A stretch of DNA of 64,000 nucleotides. It comes from an uncultured candidate division Zixibacteria bacterium. Lineage in GTDB: Bacteria > Zixibacteria > MSB-5A5 > GN15 > FEB-12. Made by a program: the position numbers and the translations under genes. Below, in pieces: positions 19,724 through 29,824 of this stretch. Where the stretch lies: NCBI GenBank assembly GCA_963664195.1, contig OY760907.1, positions 2,976,001 to 3,040,000 of the forward strand, read 5' to 3'. Under the pieces are notes generated by a model. The model saw only the letters and a list, made by a program, of their open reading frames with translations. It searched no databases and had not been told where the DNA came from. The stretch's first letter is position 1; each line of letters starts with the position of its first letter.

Positions 19724-20428
19724 ATGGTCCTGAAAACGATGGCAATCTGTTCTTTTTTCTTGCTCTGCCTGGCGATGTCAACTCAGGCCGAACCCAGGGT
19801 AGAGGTTTCCCACGGTACGATTGATTTCGGCTATGTCCATCAAGGGCAGACCCTGACACATGCATATTGGCTGAAGTCTATCGGCTCCGATACCGTTCGT
19901 GTCACCGACATTTGGCCCGGCTGTGGCTGCACGCAGATTCCCATTGAAGACTCCGTCATCGCGCCGGGGGATTCCCTGCCTCTGCAGGTCGTCTTCAACA
20001 CCGGTCGTTTTCGCGGTTCGGTGAAGAAGCAGCCGAAGGTCACCACCAATGCATCGGACCTCAAGATCAGGCTTTACTTGTACGCTACTATCGTTACCGA
20101 TTCACAGGATACCGGCCCTCTGAGCGTGCGACCGAAACGTCTTGATGTCTCCCAGTTTGGCGAAAAAACCAGACGGGTGGCGAAATTTCATATCGAGAAC
20201 CATACTGATCAGGATCTGAAGCTGGCGATGGTTGATTCCACGCTGAAGAGCTTTGAAGTGAAGCTTCCGGACAAGATTGGAGCCGGCGAGACGGTCGAGG
20301 GACGGATTCGGGTGTTTGAAGATCGAGTCGAGACCGAGTTTGAGGAGTCACTGACGTTTCGTGCCGAAGACCTTGATCACGCGGTTTACACTCTGCCCAT
20401 CAGGCGATTGTACCAGCCCGGTCAATGA
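19724..20428 (+). CDS. Exported DUF1573-domain protein
   Basis: Signal peptide plus DFG...GCGCT...IAPG pattern. Confidence 0.75.
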   Translation: MVLKTMAICSFFLLCLAMSTQAEPRVEVSHGTIDFGYVHQGQTLTHAYWLKSIGSDTVRVTDIWPGCGCTQIPIEDSVIAPGDSLPLQVVFNTGRFRGSVKKQPKVTTNASDLKIRLYLYATIVTDSQDTGPLSVRPKRLDVSQFGEKTRRVAKFHIENHTDQDLKLAMVDSTLKSFEVKLPDKIGAGETVEGRIRVFEDRVETEFEESLTFRAEDLDHAVYTLPIRRLYQPGQ

Positions 20429-20513
20429 CCCGATCAGTATGAGCCTGCCGGGACGTATTCATATGCGCCCCTTTTTGGTTGATTTCACCCGTGCATTCCA
20501 GTTATTGAACCGC

Positions 20514-21131
20514 ATGTACAGTCTTGTTGTGGACAATCTCGGAAAACGATTCGGCGACCGAAAAGTCTTCTCCGAAATCTCTTTTGAACTTCAGACCGGT
20601 GACTCTCTGGCTGTGGTCGGCCCGAACGGGTCAGGGAAATCAACGCTCCTCATGTTGCTGCTTGGATACTATCATCCGTCAAGGGGGAGTGTCTTGTTTT
20701 CGAACGGCGAAAGCGTTCTGGAGGAGGCGGATGTCCGTGCTTGTGCGTCGATGGTCTCGCCTTACCTGAGTTTGTACGATCATCTCACCGCAGAAGAGAA
20801 TCTGACATTCTTCTCCACTGTTGCCGGGGGGCATGTTACGGGCAAGGAAATAGATGCCTTGCTGGCGCGAGTGGGGCTAAAAGGGAGAGGGGCTGATCTG
20901 GTCGGTTCCTATTCGTCAGGAATGAAACAGCGGTTGAAGTATGCAGTCGCCCTGTTGAATCAGCCCGAGTTTCTGTTTCTGGATGAACCTTCGTCGAATC
21001 TCGACGACGCCGGCAAGAAGATCGTGAAGGAGATTATTGAGGATTACCGCAAGCGGGCGGTCATTGTAATTGCCACAAACGAAAAAGAGGAAGAGTCGTT
21101 TGCCAACCAACTCTGCCGGCTTGACCGCTAA
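20514..21131 (+). CDS. ccmA: Heme exporter ATP-binding subunit CcmA
   Basis: GPNGSGKST, YSSGMKQR and LFLDEP, directly before ccmB. ATG 20514 gives a typical length. Confidence 0.82.
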   Translation: MYSLVVDNLGKRFGDRKVFSEISFELQTGDSLAVVGPNGSGKSTLLMLLLGYYHPSRGSVLFSNGESVLEEADVRACASMVSPYLSLYDHLTAEENLTFFSTVAGGHVTGKEIDALLARVGLKGRGADLVGSYSSGMKQRLKYAVALLNQPEFLFLDEPSSNLDDAGKKIVKEIIEDYRKRAVIVIATNEKEEESFANQLCRLDR

Positions 21132-21783
21132 GGCGTTTGCCGTATTCGCCAAAGACCTGCGGCTGGAGCTTCGCTCCCGATTCGCTCTGAACACCATACT
21201 GATGTTCGGGGTGACGACGCTGGCAGTGATTTCTTTTTCTCTCGGTCAGAGCGGACTTCCCACGAAACTGCTGGCGGCCCTCTTCTGGATCACGATATTT
21301 TTCTCGGCGGTCGCGGCGCTCGCGCAAGTGTTTGTTCGCGAGGAGGAGTCCGGCACTGCGCTGGCCTTGAGGCTCACGGCGGATCCGAACGCCGTTTATA
21401 TCGGCAAACTCTGCTACAATCTTGTTTTACTGTCGCTCCTGACTGCTATCATCACGCCGCTGTTTTTTGTGCTTACGGATGCTCCCACGGTTGGCGCGGG
21501 GCGATTTGTGATAGTGTTGGCTCTGGGCGTTCTGGCGCTGTGTGGTGCTACCACGCTGGTGGCCGCAATAATATCAAAGGCAGCGGTGAAGGGGGCACTA
21601 TTTGCGGTACTGAGTTTTCCCATTCTTATACTGCCGCTGATTATGTTGGTCGGGGCGACAGACAAACTGCTGGGCGGGAGCGACCTTGGCGAGGTATCAG
21701 CGGCCATTCAGGGGCTTGTTGCCTATTCGATGATAATGATCACCGCCTCCTTGATGCTTTTCAAGTTTGTCTGGCGGGAGTAG
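21100..21783 (+). CDS. ccmB: Heme exporter permease CcmB
   Basis: KDLRLELRS, LFW..IFF, F.REEE.GT...L and VLSFPILILP. About six TM segments. TTG start after GAGG. Confidence 0.88.
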   Translation: MPTNSAGLTAKAFAVFAKDLRLELRSRFALNTILMFGVTTLAVISFSLGQSGLPTKLLAALFWITIFFSAVAALAQVFVREEESGTALALRLTADPNAVYIGKLCYNLVLLSLLTAIITPLFFVLTDAPTVGAGRFVIVLALGVLALCGATTLVAAIISKAAVKGALFAVLSFPILILPLIMLVGATDKLLGGSDLGEVSAAIQGLVAYSMIMITASLMLFKFVWRE

Positions 21784-21907
21784 ATCCTGCTAACAATCGA
21801 TAAAAGTGGGCTGATATTGTCTATTCTTGTTGGTTTTTTTCTGGTTCGGGGGCGTCTGACTTCGTATAATACAGGTGCAAAAGACAGATTAGTCAGGAGA
21901 ATGATTC

Positions 21908-22345
21908 GTGAATCTCAAGTATATCATCGGCGGTGTCATCATCGCTGTTTTTCTTATCTGGGGCGGTTCGGCGTTTCTGAAGACAACCGTGCAATATGTT
22001 TCTATTGAGGAAGCCGGGTCAAGCCCGCGCACGGTACAGGTGATGGGGAAGATCGATTTTGACCGGGTGAGCTACGACCAGAAGGCCTCACGTCTGCAAT
22101 TCGCCATCTACGATGCCGGGGCTGAGAGTCCGGTCGGAGCCGAGACGCTTCCGGTAGTCTATTACGGAGTTGTGCCGGGCAATTTCGATCAGGCGACTTC
22201 GGTTGTGTTGAAAGGGAAGCCGGACGAGGAGGGGCAGTTTGTGGCCGACCAGATGTTGATTAAGTGCCCGTCGAAATACCAGGGTGGAGGTGACGAGTAT
22301 CAGGACGGCCGCAAGCACGACGAAGCCCAGCAGGCGGGTTTGTAG
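21908..22345 (+). CDS. ccmE: Heme chaperone CcmE, Cys (CxxxY) variant
   Basis: N-terminal TM, V.Y.G..P..F and F.A...L.KCPSKY. Confidence 0.9.
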   Translation: MNLKYIIGGVIIAVFLIWGGSAFLKTTVQYVSIEEAGSSPRTVQVMGKIDFDRVSYDQKASRLQFAIYDAGAESPVGAETLPVVYYGVVPGNFDQATSVVLKGKPDEEGQFVADQMLIKCPSKYQGGGDEYQDGRKHDEAQQAGL

Positions 22346-22348
22346 GAG

Positions 22349-22750
22349 CTACTTCGATCTTCTGCCCTTGCTGCGGATTCGGGCTTTGATGCGGGCCGCT
22401 CTCAGCGTCTCATTGGGACGCAACTTCAGCCGGTATCTTCTTTGGATGGCCATGACCTGATCTCGTTGCGGTTCTCGTGACCTGAATACGACAATATTCG
22501 TTTCGAATTCAGACAGGTCTTCGTTGGTCTCAGGGAGAAAAATCGACCAGAGATCACGGGGAATACCGGCCAGCAGGTTTCTAATATTCGGATACGGCAA
22601 CAGTTTTTTCGGCGGGTCTTGCTGCATAAGTACCATCCATCCTATGGTGTCTACTGTTCTTGCTTCAATAAGTTCGTTCAGGCCGCCATCTATTACCCCT
22701 TTAAACAGAATCAAGGCATGTGCGGTTCCGACATGGGTTCTGTTTGTCAT
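22349..22750 (-). CDS. Hypothetical protein with a basic C-terminus
   Basis: The ORF fills the gap between ccmE and the riboswitch promoter. No recognisable motif and the start is uncertain. Confidence 0.4.
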   Translation of the reverse strand: MTNRTHVGTAHALILFKGVIDGGLNELIEARTVDTIGWMVLMQQDPPKKLLPYPNIRNLLAGIPRDLWSIFLPETNEDLSEFETNIVVFRSREPQRDQVMAIQRRYRLKLRPNETLRAARIKARIRSKGRRSK

Positions 22751-22811
22751 CGTTCGGATGATTTGTGAGCAATCCTCACTTGACAAATCGGAAGATCATG
22801 TGCAGATTGGA

Positions 22812-22985
22812 CCTACAACGAACCGGTGCCGTTCAATTGGAACGGGTAAAAGGGAAGACGGTTAGACTCCGTCGCAGCCCCGCTACTGTATCGGCTACTC
22901 TCGCGGCATTACGCCACCTGTCTCGACGACGGGGAAGGCGCCGTGAAGGGGACTGACGCCGCAAGCCAGGAAACCTGCCGGAACT
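22812..22985 (+). ncRNA. Cobalamin riboswitch
   Basis: CGGTG...AAAAGGGAAgacGGTtagAcTCCg...GCCCCGCtACTGT...GCCAC...GGGAAGGC...AGCCAGGAAACCTGCC B12 box, upstream of a TonB-dependent receptor. Confidence 0.93.
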
Positions 22986-23065
22986 TAATTCGATAGCTGA
23001 ACCGTCGGCGCGGGCTGACAGGCAGACCTTTCCCGCGTGCGGAATCGCTATCCGAGAAGGAAGCC

Positions 23066-25417
23066 ATGAGGCGCGCCTTTGTTTTGGCCCTCCGGCCTTT
23101 TGTAACGGGAGCGATGGGACCCCGTAAGGCCTTCCGTAGAAAACATCTCAAACTTGCTCCGCTCAGAGTGATCTTCGCAGGTGTATGTGTGGTGGCTCTG
23201 GTGCTGACCGTATCGGTATCCGAAATCGCGGCGCAATCGACGACTCGCTTGAAAGGGGTTGTCTACGATCAAGACGACGGCAGCCCGGTAGAGTACGCCC
23301 GGGTGAGTCTGATCAATACGGCCTACGAGACCTGGACCGATGAGAGCGGTCGATTCCGATTCGAGAACCTTCCGCTTGACTGGTACCGCGTCAGGGTTAC
23401 CGCCTTCAATTATGATTCCAGCGTCAGCGCGGAGATTCGAGTTACTTCGGACGTTGCCGCGAGCGTAGTCATTCCGTTGTCAAAGCGGGTCTACGAGCTG
23501 CCGGGGATTGTTGTGAAGGGGAAGCCGCTGGCGGTTCCTGCCGACCGGGTGACCGTGATTGGGCGGCAGGAGATCGAGATGGCCAACCCGTCGACCGTGG
23601 CCGACCTGTTGACCGGCGTTGTGGGGGTTGACGTTCAACGTGCCGACGCCTCCGGCGGGAAGGCGCGGGTCTCCATTCGCGGTTCCGCCTCGCGACAGGT
23701 GCTCGTTCTGATCGACGGCCAACGGATCAACTCTTCTGCCGACGGTGAGGCTGACCTGAGCAGCATTCCTCCCCAGGCGATTGACCGGATTGTGATCCAT
23801 CGGGGGGGAGCCTCCTCTGAGTTTGGTCCGGACGCGCTTGGGGGCGTGATCAATATCATTACCGTGCCGGAGACTCGTGATCCACAGCGAACGTTTGATT
23901 TGCAGCATCAGGAAGGCAAATGGGGCTGGCGCACGAACGGGTTGGCTATCAGCAATCCCATTCCGCTTGATTCGGTGACGACTCGATTCAGCTACAGCCG
24001 GTCGACTGCCGACGGCGACTTTCCCTACAATTATACGGTGATGCCCTCAAACAGGGTGTATGAGGGGACGCGCACAAACAACGACTTCACAACTGAAAGC
24101 TATCATTTGTCCGGACTGTCTCAACCCTGGCGCCGGACAACGGTGTCCTTTTCGGGGCAATGGTATGTAGCCGAGCGGGGTCTTCCTGGAAGGGCGAGTG
24201 ACCAGAACGACAGGGCCAGATCTGAGGACCGTCGGCTGTTGATGAACGGTGAGATCGAGCGACGATTCTCAGAACGTGTGCTTGGCGAAGTCAGGATCGG
24301 GTACTCACGTTTTAGGCAAGAGTTTGTGGATCCCGGAGATTCGGCCGGCCGCGGTCGATTCAACAGCGAGTACCGCAACAGCATCTATACGTCGCGCGCG
24401 ACCGGGCGGATCGAACCGTGGTTCGGACAGACAATTGTGCTGGGGGCGCAGTTGCAGGCGGAGGAGCTGGATCATCTCGACAAAGTAAACGCCGCCAGGA
24501 CAATGGGGCTGACAGACCGAACCGGAACCGGGCTGTTTGTATCGTCGACGCAACACTTTGGACTGCCGGAATGGGGGCTGTTCGAAAGTCTGGATTTCGA
24601 TGCTGCCCTTCGGTACGATCATGTGAGCACAGCCAACGACTCCTCCGAGTCCGACGATATTGCTACCGATTATTGGGCGCCGAAAATCGGGGCGAGTCTG
24701 TCGGTTGGAGATGAGGTCTCGTTGGTTCTTCGCGGCAGTTACGGGAAGTCACTCAGGTTGCCGAGTTTGAATGCGCTATTCTGGAAAGAGGATGCGCGGT
24801 CGGAGGGAAACCCTGAACTCAAACCGGAGAAATCTGAACACTCAGAAGTCGGGTTTGAGTTTGGCGTGACAAAGGATTGGGTCGACATCGCTGTCGGAGT
24901 CACCTATTTCCATACCTTCTACTATGATCTGGTCAAATGGCGGAACTTCCTGGGGGTCTGGAAGCCGTTCAATCTAGCCGGGGCGAGGATCACGGGGCAT
25001 GAGGATTTGCTCAGCCTGGCGTTCTGGGACAAGCGAATCAAACTTGTGTATGGGAACACGGTCATGACCGCGCTCAACCGTCAGCCCGGACAGAACTCCT
25101 ACGGCAAGTACCTGACCCTGACGCCTCACTATCAAACGAGCCTGTCAATTACTGTCAACCATCCATGGTTCCTGATTTCCTACGGCGTTCGCAGAGTTGA
25201 CAGAAGGTATGCCAAGGAAGCCAATACGAAATTCTATGACAGCTACCGTCTGGATGACCTCCGTCTGGTTGTCAGACAAACGATTGGCCGGTGGCGTTTC
25301 CAGACGGAATACAAAGTATATAATGCGCGCGGCGAGAACTACACGTTGATTACGCACTACCCGATGCCACCCCGCCAGTGGCAGGCAGGGATGTCGGTTA
25401 CATACCGCATTCCGTGA
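23066..25417 (+). CDS. btuB: TonB-dependent cobalamin receptor (BtuB-like) with N-terminal CarboxypepD_reg-like domain
   Basis: Plug motifs VSIRGS...VLVLIDG and GPDALGGVINIIT, GNPELKPEKS, and a terminal beta-strand. Riboswitch upstream. The true start may be about 23154-23168. Confidence 0.85.
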   Translation: MRRAFVLALRPFVTGAMGPRKAFRRKHLKLAPLRVIFAGVCVVALVLTVSVSEIAAQSTTRLKGVVYDQDDGSPVEYARVSLINTAYETWTDESGRFRFENLPLDWYRVRVTAFNYDSSVSAEIRVTSDVAASVVIPLSKRVYELPGIVVKGKPLAVPADRVTVIGRQEIEMANPSTVADLLTGVVGVDVQRADASGGKARVSIRGSASRQVLVLIDGQRINSSADGEADLSSIPPQAIDRIVIHRGGASSEFGPDALGGVINIITVPETRDPQRTFDLQHQEGKWGWRTNGLAISNPIPLDSVTTRFSYSRSTADGDFPYNYTVMPSNRVYEGTRTNNDFTTESYHLSGLSQPWRRTTVSFSGQWYVAERGLPGRASDQNDRARSEDRRLLMNGEIERRFSERVLGEVRIGYSRFRQEFVDPGDSAGRGRFNSEYRNSIYTSRATGRIEPWFGQTIVLGAQLQAEELDHLDKVNAARTMGLTDRTGTGLFVSSTQHFGLPEWGLFESLDFDAALRYDHVSTANDSSESDDIATDYWAPKIGASLSVGDEVSLVLRGSYGKSLRLPSLNALFWKEDARSEGNPELKPEKSEHSEVGFEFGVTKDWVDIAVGVTYFHTFYYDLVKWRNFLGVWKPFNLAGARITGHEDLLSLAFWDKRIKLVYGNTVMTALNRQPGQNSYGKYLTLTPHYQTSLSITVNHPWFLISYGVRRVDRRYAKEANTKFYDSYRLDDLRLVVRQTIGRWRFQTEYKVYNARGENYTLITHYPMPPRQWQAGMSVTYRIP

Positions 25418-25514
25418 TCAGGCAGTCGTGATGAAGGTGACGACGACCCAAAAACATGTTTGCATACAACATCCCGACCGGATTCGCTTGGGAATCGAAA
25501 GGACACTAACCAAA

Positions 25515-26732
25515 ATGATCCGCTCACTTTTTCTCATCCTCGCTGTGACCAGCCTGGCGACGGGAGTGGTTGCCGCAGATCCTACCGCTTACGTTGTCAA
25601 TAGCACGGGGGAGACGCTGTCGAAAATCAATCTGAACACGGGAACGGTAACCAACAATATTCTAACGCTTGGCTCCGATGTTGAGTGTGCCCCCAATCAG
25701 ATCGTGGTTCGTGATACGCTGGCCTACGTTATCAATTCTCTCACAGACGAGATCCAGATAATCGATCTGACGTCGGAGACGACGGTTGGATTCGTGAGTT
25801 TGCCGGCCGGCTCTAATCCATATTGGATGGAATTTTACGACAATCGATACGCCTACGTATCTTTGCTGAAGGCGGACGGCTTGGCAAAAGTGGATTTTGA
25901 GACTCGGACGGTCGAGAAGATAGAACCGATCGGTTTCGCTCCGGGTGGTGTGGTGATCCATGACCACAAAGTATACGTGGGACTGACCGCGTTAAACGAT
26001 GAGTACGTGTACGGACAGGGGATACTGGCCGTTTACGATTGTCGCGGTGACTCGATTCTGACCTCTTTCAATGTCGGCACCAACCCGAACAATCTGGCGG
26101 TCGATGACCTCGGTCGGGTTCATGTCGTATGCACCGGAAACTACTCGAGCAGTTTTGGTATTGTGTACGTGATTGATGGCAGCAATGAGACTATTCTTGA
26201 CAGTCTGTATCTTGGAGGCTCGCCGGGTGCCATCGCTATCGGTCCGGACGATGTTGCTTATCTGGCCGCCGGCGGCTGGGGTAGTGAAGGTTACATGTAT
26301 GCCTACAATTCACTGACACTGGACGTCTACCATAATAGCAGCAACCCTCAGATCGTCGGAGTGGGTTGCATGGGTGTGGTGGCCTTTCAGGATTCCACCG
26401 TCTTTCCGATAAGCTTCTACGACAAAGTACAGCAAGTAGATGCGGACGGTACTATCCTGGCGAACTCTGCGGTTGGTGACGGTCCCGTTCATATCGCGTT
26501 CAATTATGTACCGGGTGACATCGATGGCAGCTTTTTGGTGACAATGGGTGACCTGACGGTGCTAATCGACATGTTGTTTATATCGCTTGAGCAGCCGGAC
26601 TACCTGGTGTGGCGTGCCTACCTTGATGGTGACTTCCTTTGCACGATGGGTGACCTGACGCGGTTGATACAGTACCTCTTTATAACCCCCGGTGAAATTT
26701 CTCTAAAAGTTGGGCCAACTTGGTTGCGTTAA
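25515..26732 (+). CDS. Secreted YncE/BtuG-like beta-propeller with C-terminal dockerin-like domain
   Basis: SPI signal (..GVVA/ADP), AYVVNS/AYVINS/AYVS blades, and a duplicated TMGDLT.LI..LF at the C-terminus. Confidence 0.8.
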   Translation: MIRSLFLILAVTSLATGVVAADPTAYVVNSTGETLSKINLNTGTVTNNILTLGSDVECAPNQIVVRDTLAYVINSLTDEIQIIDLTSETTVGFVSLPAGSNPYWMEFYDNRYAYVSLLKADGLAKVDFETRTVEKIEPIGFAPGGVVIHDHKVYVGLTALNDEYVYGQGILAVYDCRGDSILTSFNVGTNPNNLAVDDLGRVHVVCTGNYSSSFGIVYVIDGSNETILDSLYLGGSPGAIAIGPDDVAYLAAGGWGSEGYMYAYNSLTLDVYHNSSNPQIVGVGCMGVVAFQDSTVFPISFYDKVQQVDADGTILANSAVGDGPVHIAFNYVPGDIDGSFLVTMGDLTVLIDMLFISLEQPDYLVWRAYLDGDFLCTMGDLTRLIQYLFITPGEISLKVGPTWLR

Positions 26733-26770
26733 TGCTTGACAAGTGGGATTCAGTTTTGTTTTATTGGCGG

Positions 26771-26853
26771 GACGAGAGTTTTAAGTCTGGGAAGTGGGCT
26801 ATCTGGATAATCCCTCCCCCCCCGATCTGGGTAGCCCCGCCCAGCACTTTTTT
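26771..26853 (+). ncRNA. Candidate small RNA: long hairpin with a C-rich loop and U-tail
   Basis: TTGACA at 26736 with a TG-extended -10-like element. Stem GGGCTATCTGGAT/ATCTGGGTAGCCC, loop AATCCCTCCCCCCCG, then TTTTTT. Confidence 0.4.
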
Positions 26854-27062
26854 CCCTGAGAAAAGCAGACTGAACTTCCTGGACATATGACCGATGATAA
26901 CGGTATAAAGCCGTGAACGTCCGTCAAGTCTGTTGATGGAGTCGTTGGATCCGGTTTCTACCCGGGGGCAGCCGAGATGATCCAGGAACCACGAAGACAA
27001 TCTGCGAGAGCACACATTATTACGGCGCAAGCGTCGCGCTATCAAAAGGGAGTGTTGCAACA

Positions 27063-27473
27063 ATGGCTAGTTGGAGCATGGAATATACCATTGATGTAGA
27101 TGAAGACAACTCTGTCGTCTTTGTCAAAATATACGGGCAGTGGACCGCCGAGACGGCTGAAAACTACCACCGGGATTTCCGGGAAGAACTGGAACCGCTG
27201 CTGGGACGCCCGTGGGCCAAGATGGTTGACCTCACCAATTGGAAGACCTCGAGGGATGAAGTCACGGGTGTCATCGGCAAGCATATGGCCTGGTCACAGA
27301 GCAACGATATCAGCCTGTCGCTCTATGTCATAAACAATACGAGTACTTTCAGACAACTTAACGAGATGTTTGCCAGGGGCAAGACCAAGAACGTATCCCA
27401 TACATTCCGTACTCAAGAAGAGGCTGACAAGTTTCTAAAGGAGCACTGGATGGGGAAGCAGCAGACGATCTAA
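27063..27473 (+). CDS. STAS/SEC14-like (SpoIIAA-like) small protein
   Basis: Y.I...V.VKIYG.W...MVDLT.W...F.TQEEA..FL pattern. Alternative start at 27078. Confidence 0.65.
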   Translation: MASWSMEYTIDVDEDNSVVFVKIYGQWTAETAENYHRDFREELEPLLGRPWAKMVDLTNWKTSRDEVTGVIGKHMAWSQSNDISLSLYVINNTSTFRQLNEMFARGKTKNVSHTFRTQEEADKFLKEHWMGKQQTI

Positions 27474-27496
27474 GTTTTGGGCTGTAAACAAATAGT

Positions 27497-27530
27497 AAAC
27501 GGAGCTACCGCAACCGGTAACTCCGTTTTT
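27497..27530. terminator. Terminator between convergent genes
   Basis: AAACGGAGcTACCG-CAAC-CGGTAaCTCCGTTTTT. Confidence 0.75.
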
Positions 27531-27555
27531 CGATTTCAGCCGTCAGTCGTCCGTA

Positions 27556-29574
27556 CTACTTCAGATATTTATCAAACCAGTTCTTGATCCAGTTGAGTCT
27601 CGCGATGCGGCGATCCGGTCGCCCATGGCGGGACAAACCGTGAGGCTCTTCGGGGAACCTGACCATCTCGACTTTCTTGCCGAGCACTTTCAGTTTGACG
27701 AACATCTGTTCAGCCTGTTCGATATTGCAGCGCAGATCCTGCTCGGAGTGAACGATCAAAACGGGCGTTTTGACGTGCTTGAAATAGGTGATGGGGGAAC
27801 ACTTGACGAAGTTTTCGAGATTCGTCCACGGCCATCCGTCGAACTCCCGGCTCAACTCGTAGCCGCAGTCGGAGGACCCGACAAACGACACGAGATCAAC
27901 TACTGATCGTTGAGTCACCGCTGCCTTGAACCTGTCGGTGTGTCCGATAATCCAGTTGGTCATGTAGCCGCCGTAGGATCCGCCGGTTACGCCGATTCTC
28001 CTGGCATCGACGAACTTCTGCTTTTCCAGCCAATCGGCTGCGGCCATGCAATCCTTGTAGTCCAGATCGCCCCAGCCGCCGGCGATGGCCTCCGCCCAGG
28101 TTTCGCCGCGTCCCGATCCGCCGCGAGGATTGGTGTAGAGCACCACGTACCCTTTGGCCGCGAGGTATTGCATTTCATGGAAGAAGGTGAACGCGTACTG
28201 TGTGCGCGGGCCGCCGTGGATTTCGAGAATGGCCGGGTACTTTTTGCCTGGTTTGAAACCGGGCGGTGTCAACAGCCAGCCCTGGACCTCGGTGCCATCG
28301 AATGATTTGATCCAGACCTCTTTCGTTTTGCCGAGGGCGACATCCTTAGTGAGGAACGGGTTGAGATTGGTGTGGACGGTTGCCTTCTTTTCACCTTCCC
28401 ACTTCGTCGGACAGGTTACGATTTCTCCCGGGTTGTTAAGGTCGGCAAGGACGAGAGCCGCTGTGCGGCAGGCGCCGTTTACCGAGAAGCCCTTGACGTG
28501 CACCTTGCCGTTGAACAGACCCGTCGGTTTGCCGCCACCGGCGGGGATAGAGTAAAAGTTGGTTACTCCGGTATCGGAGGAGACAAAAAACAGCCGTTTG
28601 CCGTCGCCGGACCAGAGCACCGTGCCGCCGCCGTGAACATCTCCGGTATCGCCAATGGATTGGTCAAACGCCATTCGATCAAACTTCGGCATCAGGTCTT
28701 TGGCCTCCGGATTTCCGTTCACTCCGACCGACCAGATGTGCATGTTCGTCACTCCCCAGGCATCGCGTGGGTTGTCATGACCGAGATACGCGATCTTCTT
28801 ACCGTCGGGGGAGAATCTCGGAGAGAAGATTGGCCCCGCCGGAGTATTGATCTTCTTTTCCCTGCCGTCCTTCAACGGAACGACGAAGAGGTCATGGTAG
28901 AGCGAATCCAGATCCTCGTTTCTGGCCCGGTTGGAAACGTACACGACGCTGTTGCCGTCTGGTGAGACATGCGGCATTTCGTTGTCGCGTTTGCCAGTGG
29001 TTATTTGCCGCAGGTTCGCGGTATCGACATCCAGGGCGAAGACCTGCGTGCGGTGAGTCGGCAGATACCCGATGCCGTCGAGGCGGAAGAACAGGCGCGT
29101 GATGTGTCGACAGACCGGGGCTTCCTTCTTGCGCTTTTCATCTTCGATGAAGTGTGAGTCGGCGTATTGCAGGCCGAACACGAGTGACTTGTCATCCGGC
29201 GTCCATTGCAGGCTGGAGATGCCGCCTTCGATTTCGAGCAGCTTCCGTTCTGCGCCCCCGTTGGCGGGCATGAGATAGATGCCGGTTTTCTTATCACGGG
29301 TTGAGACAAACGCCATCTGGCTGCCATCAGTTGACCAGACCGGTTGACCGTCTACCTGATTGCCGTGTGTGAACTGAATTGACTTGCTGGTGGCCACGTC
29401 AAGCATGAAGATGTTGGTGTAGTACTTGCGCTCTTTTTCATCCATGCGTTCGACTGTGTAGGCGGCACGTTTTTCATCTGGAGAAATCGAGACACCGGTG
29501 GCGAGCCGCAGCCGGTACAAATCCTCGGCGGTGATAGCCGCTTTTTTGATCGTTTTGGTCTGTGGTTTCTTCAT
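27556..29574 (-). CDS. S9 family peptidase (acylaminoacyl/dipeptidyl peptidase)
   Basis: PD40 propeller, IHGGP, NPRGS, catalytic GGSYGG, D (EQDLRC) and H (EPHG). Confidence 0.93.
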   Translation of the reverse strand: MKKPQTKTIKKAAITAEDLYRLRLATGVSISPDEKRAAYTVERMDEKERKYYTNIFMLDVATSKSIQFTHGNQVDGQPVWSTDGSQMAFVSTRDKKTGIYLMPANGGAERKLLEIEGGISSLQWTPDDKSLVFGLQYADSHFIEDEKRKKEAPVCRHITRLFFRLDGIGYLPTHRTQVFALDVDTANLRQITTGKRDNEMPHVSPDGNSVVYVSNRARNEDLDSLYHDLFVVPLKDGREKKINTPAGPIFSPRFSPDGKKIAYLGHDNPRDAWGVTNMHIWSVGVNGNPEAKDLMPKFDRMAFDQSIGDTGDVHGGGTVLWSGDGKRLFFVSSDTGVTNFYSIPAGGGKPTGLFNGKVHVKGFSVNGACRTAALVLADLNNPGEIVTCPTKWEGEKKATVHTNLNPFLTKDVALGKTKEVWIKSFDGTEVQGWLLTPPGFKPGKKYPAILEIHGGPRTQYAFTFFHEMQYLAAKGYVVLYTNPRGGSGRGETWAEAIAGGWGDLDYKDCMAAADWLEKQKFVDARRIGVTGGSYGGYMTNWIIGHTDRFKAAVTQRSVVDLVSFVGSSDCGYELSREFDGWPWTNLENFVKCSPITYFKHVKTPVLIVHSEQDLRCNIEQAEQMFVKLKVLGKKVEMVRFPEEPHGLSRHGRPDRRIARLNWIKNWFDKYLK

Positions 29575-29824
29575 AAGACAAGGAATCCTTCCTGATATCT
29601 GAAAGCGTCGTGCAACATTTTAACATATCCTCGCTCGGCTTGCAAGCCAAACCCTTGTCCGTGAAGGGATCCCGTGCGGAAAGCCGGGGCCGTTTTTTTA
29701 TGTTTGACGGCAACAATTATGGGAGCTTTTTGAATCAAGGGGTGTTATAGCCAATTGAAGAGGTCCATAATCAAACCTGGGAATGCCACATTTGCGCCCA
29801 TATACTCCTCAAGGAGGTTGAAAG

